Of a stretch of 64,000 bases of DNA, positions 55,394-63,213 are shown piece after piece. The position numbers were made by a program, and so were the translations under genes. The notes beneath the pieces are model-generated. The model saw nothing but the letters and a program-made list of their open reading frames with translations. It did not search any database and was not told where the DNA came from. Positions within the stretch are counted from its first letter, which is position 1. Each line of letters begins with the position of its first letter. The DNA is from Kiritimatiellia bacterium (GTDB lineage: Bacteria; Verrucomicrobiota; Kiritimatiellia; CAIVKH01), in contig DAOLCW010000003.1 in the NCBI GenBank assembly GCA_035327665.1, positions 1,216 to 65,215 on the forward strand, in the 5' to 3' direction.

Positions 55394-56752
55394 ATGCATA
55401 TCGTCCTCGCCACCCTTGAATATCCTACCGAGTCCTACCGGGCGGGCGGTATGGGGTGGGCCTTCTTCAAGATCGCCCAGGGACTCAGGCAGCGCGGGCA
55501 CGCAGTGAGTGTGCTGGTGCGATCCGATCGGAAGGAGACCTTCACCGATGCGCTGGGCATCGTGGTCCGGCGTTATCCCGTACGGGCCTATTTGCCCAAG
55601 CGTCTGCAAACTGCCCTGGCCTGGCGGTTTCCTCTGGGCGCCATGGCGTACGATGAAGCCAGATCCCTGTATGACGCACTCGACGAGGTCGCGCGGGAAA
55701 CCTCGTTCGATGTCGTATTGGCCGCCGCTGCCCCCGACTCCTATTTTGCCGCCGGGTCCGGACGCTGGCCGTACGTCTGCCGGATTTCCTCCCATCGACT
55801 GTTGATTGTCATCAGTAACCTCTTCCCGGTTGGCCCGGGGTTTCTGTTCGAGGAATGGATGAAGGTCGCCGCATGCCGCCATGCCCATGGACGATTTGCG
55901 CCCTCCAACTTGCTCGCCGGCATTTTTGCTTCCCTGGGCTGTGGAGCGACCCGCCGCATTCTGACGCCCATGGAGTTGACGGAGCCGGTAGCTCAGTTGG
56001 AGGACGCCCCCACCCGCTACCTGCTTTTTTACGGGAGCCTTCAAGGCACCAAAGGCGCCCACCTACTGGCGGATGCGCTAGTCAGGGTGCTTGAGCATTA
56101 TTCAGACGTGCACATGGTCTGGATTGGCCGCGATCTCGTCGCCCCGGATTTTGGGAGCATTACGGAGTATGTTCGTCATTGTCTTGCTCCCTTCGCGGAG
56201 CGGGTGCGAATCCTCGGTGTACTTGAGCAGCCTGAGGCGCTTCGATGGGTGATGAACGCGGATTGGGTGCTATTTCCCTCTATCATGGACAATCTGCCCA
56301 ATGCGCTTCTTGAGGCGATGTGGTTCTCACGACCGGTGATAGTTACACGAGAATCGGGGGTGGACGAGTTGATCGAAGACCAACGGAATGGATTGGTTAT
56401 TGATCGAAATGATGTGACTGCCTTGATCGAGGGTTTGGAGCGTGCCCTGACAATGGGTCCGGAGGCGCGTGAGCGGCTCGGGCGGGAGGCGCGTCGTACG
56501 GTACTGGAAAAATGCAATCCAAGCCGTTCGGCAGAGGGGGTCGAATCGCTTCTCGTGGAGGTTGTGGAGCGCCACGGGCGAATTCGCCGCGCTGACATCC
56601 GTACAGCGGCCCGTATGTTTTGGCTCAAGGCCCAGTGGGGTGGGCGGGTGGCACGGATTCTACGCATCCCGGTGTCCGCAGCGGATCGGCGGAAGGTTCG
56701 CGAGCTGGGCCGCCGGTATCTACCCGGAGTTCCGCTACGATTTGCAAAATGA
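55394..56752 (+). CDS. glycosyltransferase family 4 (GT-B)
   Basis: 452 aa. FPSIMDNLPNALLEAMWFSRPVIVT. Confidence 0.85.
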   Translation: MHIVLATLEYPTESYRAGGMGWAFFKIAQGLRQRGHAVSVLVRSDRKETFTDALGIVVRRYPVRAYLPKRLQTALAWRFPLGAMAYDEARSLYDALDEVARETSFDVVLAAAAPDSYFAAGSGRWPYVCRISSHRLLIVISNLFPVGPGFLFEEWMKVAACRHAHGRFAPSNLLAGIFASLGCGATRRILTPMELTEPVAQLEDAPTRYLLFYGSLQGTKGAHLLADALVRVLEHYSDVHMVWIGRDLVAPDFGSITEYVRHCLAPFAERVRILGVLEQPEALRWVMNADWVLFPSIMDNLPNALLEAMWFSRPVIVTRESGVDELIEDQRNGLVIDRNDVTALIEGLERALTMGPEARERLGREARRTVLEKCNPSRSAEGVESLLVEVVERHGRIRRADIRTAARMFWLKAQWGGRVARILRIPVSAADRRKVRELGRRYLPGVPLRFAK

Positions 56753-57807
56753 TGAGTTTCGGGCAAACCGAGCAAATGCCAAGCATTTCAGTGGTAATGG
56801 CCACGCACAACGGCGAGCGATACCTGTCGCAGGCATTAGACAGCATGGCGGCCCAAACCTACACGAACTGGGAGTGGGTGCTGGTGGATGATGGCTCCAC
56901 TGACAACTCGCCAGAGATCCTCACCCTGTTTCGAAAACGATTTCCAGGACGCGTACACGTTCTTCGCAATGAGCAGAACCGGGGGTTGACCGCGTCGTTG
57001 AACCGGGGACTCTCCGTTGCCCGGGGACAGTTTATTGCCCGGATGGATGATGATGACCTTGCTCACCCCGAGCGTTTGGCCCGACAAGTCGAGGCGATGA
57101 TCAAGGATCCGGATGTATTGCTTCTTGGTACAGCTGCTAACCGGCTAGACGAGAAAACCGGCTCAACATCGCCGTTCATGGCATGCTTCGATTCCGTCCG
57201 ACTCCGGATCAATTTGTGCTGGTTTAATCCAATCATGCATGCCTCGGTGATGTTCCGGCGTCTCGCTCCCGACGGATCGCCCTTCCGGTACAATGAAGGG
57301 TTTACCACCGCCCAGGATTATGAGTTATGGACCCGGATGAGCGGGATGGGGAAGCTCGCCGTTTTGGACATCCCGCTCATGACCCATCGTTTGCGAGCCA
57401 AAAGTATCACCGGCTCTCGCCGCCAACATCAATTGGACATGACCCGCGAGGTCAGCGAAGCCTACACCTCCCGCTTGCTGGGGGACGGTCCACTTGCCGC
57501 CAGTTCCCCGGGCGATTTGCGAGAGTGGATCGATGACCGTTCTCTTCCTGATATCCTGCGGCTAAAACGGGTGCGCGACCTGTTTCGTGTCGTGTCGGAT
57601 GTACCCTGGTTGGGCCGGTCGGCTGGCCAGCAGGCTTTTGCATGTTGGGCCGAGGCGTTGCTGGAGGGTCAACGGTGGACCGATTTGTGGATGGGGGATG
57701 CCGGTCGGCTCCTTCGGGCTTGCGGATGGGCGGGAGCGGGCTATCTGGTCCGCCGGGCGGGGAGGAGGGCGATGGTCGATGGACAAAAGACAATGGCCGA
57801 TGGGTGA
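56749..57807 (+). CDS. glycosyltransferase family 2
   Basis: Start ATG 56749 (ATGATGA overlap with the upstream stop). ISVVMATHNGERYLSQALDSMAAQTYTNWEWVLVDDGSTD, ARMDDDD. Confidence 0.85.
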   Translation: MMSFGQTEQMPSISVVMATHNGERYLSQALDSMAAQTYTNWEWVLVDDGSTDNSPEILTLFRKRFPGRVHVLRNEQNRGLTASLNRGLSVARGQFIARMDDDDLAHPERLARQVEAMIKDPDVLLLGTAANRLDEKTGSTSPFMACFDSVRLRINLCWFNPIMHASVMFRRLAPDGSPFRYNEGFTTAQDYELWTRMSGMGKLAVLDIPLMTHRLRAKSITGSRRQHQLDMTREVSEAYTSRLLGDGPLAASSPGDLREWIDDRSLPDILRLKRVRDLFRVVSDVPWLGRSAGQQAFACWAEALLEGQRWTDLWMGDAGRLLRACGWAGAGYLVRRAGRRAMVDGQKTMADG

Positions 57808-57859
57808 TGGACAGATTAGTTCGGGCGAACCCTCTGGGTGAGCCGCTAGGCAATCGTCG

Positions 57860-58230
57860 ATAGGCGATAGGCTATAGACGGATCAGGGATGTCGACAAGG
57901 CTTGCGACAAAGCTACCGACAAAGATGGGAATGGGGGGACAAGGTAGCAAGGTCGCAGGGGTACAGGGGGAGTGACTGCGTTTCCCAAACGTTGTGTTGA
58001 ATGTAGTCCTGAACAGTGTAGGCGACTACGTGTGACCAGCGTGTTCCCTTGCCACCTTGCTCCCTTGTTACCCTTCCCCCTTTTCACCCATGCTTCGCTC
58101 CGCGGACGGAGCTTCCGCCGTCGTCCGGCGGATGCCGGACTATGGCGGACAAGACGCAGGGCAGGCAAAGCACGAAGCACTCTTATCCCGTATCCCGCAT
58201 CTCGGATCTCGTATCCCGTCGCCGCACAAA
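57860..58230 (+). repeat. dispersed composite intergenic element, copy 2
   Basis: Colinear with 51061-51440. Shared anchors include CCGACAAAGATGGGA, CCCAAAC(T/G)TTGTGTTGAA, ATGCTTCGCTCCG. The 24-mer CTATGGCGGACAAGACGCAGGGCA is identical at 58140-58163 and 51321-51344. Confidence 0.85.
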
Positions 58231-58407
58231 CGACCCTCGCTTCTTTCTGATTGAGCCTTGCCGCTTCGCGAAGTACAGTTTCGTGCGTGAAATTTCCATG
58301 GATTGAAAGTGATGAGTGGCGGAGCTGGTACGAGTTAACGCCTGAGCAGCGCTGGCGTGAAAGTGAAAAACTGCGCGCATATTTTTTAGCTGCGGGAGGT
58401 TCCCTGA

Positions 58408-59136
58408 ATGCCGAACCCGATACTCAAAGTCCTTTCCACGTTAAACGACCACGAGGTAAAGTATTTGCTCATGGGGGGGCAGGCGTGCGTCTATTACGGC
58501 GCGGCGGAGTTTAGCCGCGATACCGATGTGGCGCTTTTATAAAGCCGGGAAAATGTTGAGCGCCTGAAGGATGCGCTCCGTGTGTTGCAGGCGAAAGTCA
58601 TTGCGGTTCCCCCCATGGACGTGTCTCTGCTGGAAAAAGGGCATGCTATCCATTTCCGATGCAACCATCCTGATGCGGAGGGCATGCGTTTGGATGTCAT
58701 GTCGGTGATGCGAAACCTGCCCGGGTTCGACACGTTATGGCGGCGAAGAACGACTGCGGAAGTCGAGGGCCATACCATCGAATTGTTGTCGCTTCCGGAT
58801 TTGATCACCGCGAAAAAAACCCAGCGCGACAAGGATTTGCCCATGATCAGGAGACTCGTGGAAGCCCATTATGTGAATTTTGCCGCGGAGCCCACGGTTG
58901 AGCGGGAGGACTTTTGGTTGCGTGAATGCCGTACGCCGGACTTATTGCGTGATCTGGTAAGGTTATTTCCTGGATCGATTCATCGGGTCGAAAAGGCGAG
59001 GCCTTTTCTTGCATCGATTGCATCCATGACCGAGGAAGACATCGAAAAGGCTTTGTTTGAGGAAGAAGCGCACGAGCGGGCAAGCGATAAAGCCTATTGG
59101 AAGCCCTTGCGGGACGAATTGGAGCAGATTCGGTAA
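58408..59136 (+). pseudogene. minimal nucleotidyltransferase-fold gene, cassette copy 3, interrupted by one in-frame TAA (58540-58542)
   Basis: ATG 58408 gives MPNPILKVLSTLNDHEVKYLLMGGQACVYYGAAEFSRDTDVALL, then TAA. The same frame continues SRENVERLKDAL... into track ORF 58582..59136. Overlapping upstream ORF 58251/58287..58514 encodes WYELTPEQRWRESEKL. Confidence 0.6.
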
Positions 59137-59149
59137 GGTTGGTAGGTGT

Positions 59150-59470
59150 TGGGTGAAAGACAGAAGACGAAAGACAATAGACGGATCAGGGATGTCGACA
59201 AAGCTTGCGACAAAGCTCCCGACAAAGATGGGAAATGGGGGACAAGACGCAGGGCAAGCCCTTCGACAAGCTTCCTCCTTCGTCCGGCAGTTGCCGGACT
59301 ACGGCGGACTGATCGCAGGGTAAACCAAGCACGAAGCACCCACCTTCGCCGAGGCTACGGCGGGCAGGCCAAGCACGCGGCGAAGTCGCATCCCGAATCT
59401 CGCACCTGTCCTGCGAAGCCTCGGCGAAGCAGGATCCCGCATCCCGTAACCCGCCACACCCGATCTACTT
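59150..59470 (+). repeat. dispersed composite intergenic element, copy 3 (internally deleted), plus a 13-bp inverted repeat
   Basis: TAGACGGATCAGGGATGTCGACAA is shared with copy 2. GGGGGACAAG is joined directly to ACGCAGGGCAAGCC (59237-59260). CTTCGCCGAGGCT (59344-59356) pairs with AGCCTCGGCGAAG (59417-59429). Confidence 0.8.
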
Positions 59471-59502
59471 GACAACTTGTCACGATACCGTAGCGTGCAC
59501 CT

Positions 59503-59736
59503 ATGAAAACGCTATCCGTAGGGAAGTTTAAATCTGAATTTTCCAAGATCCTGGAAAGTGTGGCCAAGGGTAATCCGGTGGCCATTTCGTACGGTCGAAA
59601 GCATGCGCCGGTGGCCATGATGATCCCGTATCCGCAAAAGGCCGGAGAACGCAAGCTGGGTGTCATGGAGGGGCGCGCAGGTTATGCATGGAAAGAGGAT
59701 GGGAAAATCAGCGATGAAGAACTTCTCCGATCATGA
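59503..59736 (+). CDS. type II antitoxin (Phd/YefM-like)
   Basis: 77 aa. MKTLSVGKFKSEFSKILESVAKGNPVAISYGRK.... Its stop overlaps the toxin ATG as ATGA. Confidence 0.7.
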   Translation: MKTLSVGKFKSEFSKILESVAKGNPVAISYGRKHAPVAMMIPYPQKAGERKLGVMEGRAGYAWKEDGKISDEELLRS

Positions 59737-60137
59737 ATCTCCTGCTCGATAGCCATTCCTTGATCTGGGCCGTGTGTGATGCGAAATAATTTCCGCGGGA
59801 CGTGTTCGCCGAACTGAAAAAGCCATCGAATGCGGTGTTCATCAGCGCGGTATGCTTGTGGGAAATTTCCCTGAAGTTTGCCCTTGGCAAGCTGAGCCTC
59901 GATCAAATTACCCCCGATGCCTTGCGCCTCTCCGCGGTTGACATGGGTTTTGCGTTGATGCCTTTGCTGCCGGAAGAAGCCTCCGGTTTCGACAACTTAC
60001 CTCGATCCGGTCACAAGGATTCGTTTGACCGGATGCTGGTGTGGCAGGCCATTCACAACAAGCATCAGTTCGTGTCCTGCGATGCCGCGCTGGATGTTTA
60101 CAAGGTACAAGGCCTGAAGCGCTTTTGGCCGGAGTAA
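59733..60137 (+). pseudogene. vapC: PIN-domain VapC toxin gene interrupted by one in-frame TAA (59787-59789)
   Basis: ATG 59733 gives MNLLLDSHSLIWAVCDAK, then TAA. The same frame continues FPRDVFAELKK...SAVCLWEISLKFALGKL...HKDSFDRMLVWQA...SCD, so all PIN acidic positions are present. Confidence 0.75.
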
Positions 60138-60283
60138 GTGCGATGGGCGAAGGACGGATGACAATAGACGATAGACCATGGCCGATGGACGAGAGGCCGA
60201 ATAATGGGTCAATCGTTCTGATGAATCTCGTTTGCCCAACAACCAGTCGTTGACGATAGCAAGAAAAGCTGCTCTACCGGCCA

Positions 60284-60365
60284 TTCCCGTAACCCGTATC
60301 CCCCATATCCCGAATCCAGAATCCCGCATCCCGTATCTCGCATCTCGTAACCCGTATCCCGCATC
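60284..60365 (+). repeat. pyrimidine-rich CCCGTAT-type heptamer array running to the start codon
   Basis: ...AACCCGT ATCCCCC .. ATCCCGA ATCCAGA ATCCCGC ATCCCGT ATCTCGC ATCTCGT AACCCGT ATCCCGC ATC, then the ATG at 60366. Confidence 0.9.
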
Positions 60366-61607
60366 ATGACCCCCTTCACCACCACCTTTATTTTTCCTAT
60401 CGGGCGCACGCTGGGTGGGGCCAACATCTGGTCGGCCCGGATGTGCGGGCACCTGGAGCGCCGGGGGGTGGCTACGGCAGCGGTTTTGCACACCAATCCG
60501 GGCTGGCATCCCGATGGTGATTTGCCGATACCGGAGGCGACACGGACGCTGATTTGCGGGGGTCGGCCGGTTGCGGAGGCCAATCGACGCGATGTCCAAC
60601 GGTACGCGAAAGTTTATGCCGAGGCCCTGCCTGCGGTTATTGTCCCCAACTGGAATGATGCCACCTACGCGGCCTGCGCCGAGCTGGCCCGGTCCCGGCC
60701 GGATGCTGTCCGGGTGGTCGGCGTCGCCCATGGAAACAACGAGAGCTACTTTGGTACGCTTGAGCGTTACGAGCCGATCCTCCACGGAATGATCGCGGTC
60801 AGCGACGAGATTGCGGAAGAACTTCGGCGTCGCTTTCCCCATCGGGTCGAGGATATCCAGACCCGGGCGTGCCCGGTGGATGTTGCCACCAAGGTTGAGC
60901 GGGAGCCGCCCGGTGCGGGACAGCCGATGGTTGTTACCTATGCGGGCCGCATTACCAACCATGAAAAGCGGGTTTCGGATCTGATGCCCCTGGTGCGGGA
61001 GTTGGGTCGGCGGGGCGTGGATTTCCGGTTCCGGGTGATCGGGGAGGGCGGTTATTTGCCCACGCTTCGGGGGGAGTGGGCTGAATTGCCCGGCGAGCTG
61101 AGGGCGCGGGTTTCGCTCGAGGGGCTGCTTCCTCCTGACCGGCTCCCCGAGGTTTGGAGCCAATCACAGATATCCGTGCTGGTCTCCGACTCGGAGGGAA
61201 CATCGATCTCTATGCTGGAGTCGATGGCGGCGGGCTGCGTGCCGGTGGTGACCCGGGTGAGTGGAACGGCAGCGGTGATTCGGGATGGACTCAACGGGTT
61301 TACCGTGCCGGTCGGCGACGTGGGGGAGATGGCCGGGCATATTTCAAGGTTGGCGGATAATCCGGAGGAGTGGGCAAGAATCAGCGGCAACGCGGTCCGC
61401 ACGGTTCGCGAACGGTATGCCTATCCGGATTATGTTGATTGGTTTGTCGACCAGGCCGCATGCTGGCAGGCTGCACCACCGAGGCCATGGCCGAAGGATC
61501 GGCAGGTTCTTTCACGTCCGTATGTCTGGCCGGCATGGATCCGGAGAGTTGGCGACCGTATGAACGGAGTGAAACGCAGGCTTCACAGGAGAAGGAAATC
61601 ATCATGA
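60366..61607 (+). CDS. glycosyltransferase family 4 (GT-B)
   Basis: 413 aa. LVSDSEGTSISMLESMAAGCVPVVTRVSG. Confidence 0.85.
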   Translation: MTPFTTTFIFPIGRTLGGANIWSARMCGHLERRGVATAAVLHTNPGWHPDGDLPIPEATRTLICGGRPVAEANRRDVQRYAKVYAEALPAVIVPNWNDATYAACAELARSRPDAVRVVGVAHGNNESYFGTLERYEPILHGMIAVSDEIAEELRRRFPHRVEDIQTRACPVDVATKVEREPPGAGQPMVVTYAGRITNHEKRVSDLMPLVRELGRRGVDFRFRVIGEGGYLPTLRGEWAELPGELRARVSLEGLLPPDRLPEVWSQSQISVLVSDSEGTSISMLESMAAGCVPVVTRVSGTAAVIRDGLNGFTVPVGDVGEMAGHISRLADNPEEWARISGNAVRTVRERYAYPDYVDWFVDQAACWQAAPPRPWPKDRQVLSRPYVWPAWIRRVGDRMNGVKRRLHRRRKSS

Positions 61608-63208
61608 AGGGGAAAAAGTTTTGGGTTCTTGCCGGATGGGTGGTGGTGATCGCGCTTTCCCTCTGGATCCGGGTAGAGGGGGCGAGGCTCTCCTATCCTG
61701 CCCAGGGAGATGCCTCCCACTTTGTTCAACACGGAGTCTCTTGGGCAGTTACCGGTAAACCGGTCTCCGGCTATTGGTCATTAGGTCCGCAATATCTGGC
61801 GGGCTGGGCTTATTCCCGGGGCTGGGATCCTTCATTGACGCTGCAATGGACAACGGTAGGCTTTGGGGTTTTGGTGGTCATGGGGACGATGGCGCTTGGG
61901 CATTGTCTCTCGTTAAGCGCGGGGATGATGCTTGCCGCCGGATTGGTGGTTGCGGTGAATCCTGCCCTGTTGAAATCGGCGACCGGAGGCCTCTCGGAAA
62001 CCCCGTTGATGGCTTGCTTGTTGTTAGGTTACGCGGGGCTTGAGTGGAGTCAGCGCAAGAAGAGCTGGATGGCGGCCGGGGCGGGGGGGCTGTTTTTCGC
62101 CTTGGCCATGTATTATCGTCCGTTTGAGGCGATGGTCGGATTGGGGGCGTATGGATTGTATACCATGATCCTTGGGGTCACGAAGTCCCGTCCGGTACAC
62201 CTTGGGCCATTGGTTCTGGCAGGGGTGGTGTTTGTCGGAGGGGCCTTGCCATTCTGGAAGATCAGCGCGGAGTTGAACACCCTTTCCGCCTCCCAGAGCA
62301 AATTGGTCAATCTTGCGTACCGGGATGACGGACTAAATTCCAAGGCGATGCGAAGTCTTTACGGGCCCGAGCAGGAGCAAAGCGCCCTTGCCGCGGAAAT
62401 CCAACGGTTGGAGGAACAGGGGGCGGTGGGGTACCTATGGGCAAACCGGGGGGTGATCCTGAGAAAGATTCCGGTGAATATTCTGCAAGCGGTCCGATGG
62501 ATCAATCAGCTTACCTTTGGCGGCGCCTTCGCCATGGGGTTGATGGTCTTTCTCCTTTTCACAGGATGGATGATTCATGCCGTGATCACCCGGGGGAACC
62601 CGGTCAAGCTTCTGCTTCCGGCGCTTTATGGAGGGCTGATCGTCGCGGCGCTTAGCTTGTCGTTTGTCCATCCCCGATGGATGTTTCAACTTCTTCCGTT
62701 TTACGCGCTTATTCTTGGGACAGGGGCCCAGGCATGGGCAGGTTCGGGGTGGTGGCGCCGGGTGGGGGTAGCCGGGGTGGTTCTCTTGTTTTCCTTCAAA
62801 ACGGGGGTATTGGCGCTTGAACAGCGGAACGACCGATGGGTGGAGCGAAATGTGATCGAGGTTGGGCAGTGGTTGCGGGATCAGCTTGCCGAAGGGGACC
62901 GGATCATGGGGTTCGGGCCGGAATTGGCAGTTCAAGCCCAGCCGGATCGCCCCTGGGATTACATTGAAATGCCCTTCGGGGAGGTCCACGACGTGGATGC
63001 TTATGCCGGGAAGCGCGGGGTGACCTGGGTCGTCCTTTCCACCCGGAATCATGCCCATTATCCGGTACACGAGGTTTATCGAAACCCGGAGGTAAAACCC
63101 GTCCGGTGGACATTGGTCCGGGAAACGACCTTGACTCAAGCCACACGATGGGGTCAGGAAACAGAAACCTTTTATATCTACCGGCTGGATGCCGGAACCG
63201 AGGAATAA
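61604..63208 (+). CDS. polytopic membrane protein, GT-C fold candidate (ArnT/PMT-like glycosyltransferase)
   Basis: Start ATG 61604 (ATGA overlap with the upstream stop; in frame with track ORF 61439). More than 10 predicted TM segments plus a ~130-aa soluble C-terminal domain. The family call is by architecture and context only. Confidence 0.55.
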   Translation: MKGKKFWVLAGWVVVIALSLWIRVEGARLSYPAQGDASHFVQHGVSWAVTGKPVSGYWSLGPQYLAGWAYSRGWDPSLTLQWTTVGFGVLVVMGTMALGHCLSLSAGMMLAAGLVVAVNPALLKSATGGLSETPLMACLLLGYAGLEWSQRKKSWMAAGAGGLFFALAMYYRPFEAMVGLGAYGLYTMILGVTKSRPVHLGPLVLAGVVFVGGALPFWKISAELNTLSASQSKLVNLAYRDDGLNSKAMRSLYGPEQEQSALAAEIQRLEEQGAVGYLWANRGVILRKIPVNILQAVRWINQLTFGGAFAMGLMVFLLFTGWMIHAVITRGNPVKLLLPALYGGLIVAALSLSFVHPRWMFQLLPFYALILGTGAQAWAGSGWWRRVGVAGVVLLFSFKTGVLALEQRNDRWVERNVIEVGQWLRDQLAEGDRIMGFGPELAVQAQPDRPWDYIEMPFGEVHDVDAYAGKRGVTWVVLSTRNHAHYPVHEVYRNPEVKPVRWTLVRETTLTQATRWGQETETFYIYRLDAGTEE

Positions 63209-63213
63209 CCATT

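Noticed and set aside
58540-59789. In-frame TAA codons as evidence for stop-codon reassignment or a systematic recoding signal.
   Set aside because: TAA terminates several well-supported genes here: ygeW at 2131-2133, the adhesin at 12191-12193, the small secreted protein at 13016-13018, tpsB at 14929-14931 and tpsA at 24189-24191. A code change is therefore not tenable. I treat these as nonsense mutations unless read data say otherwise.
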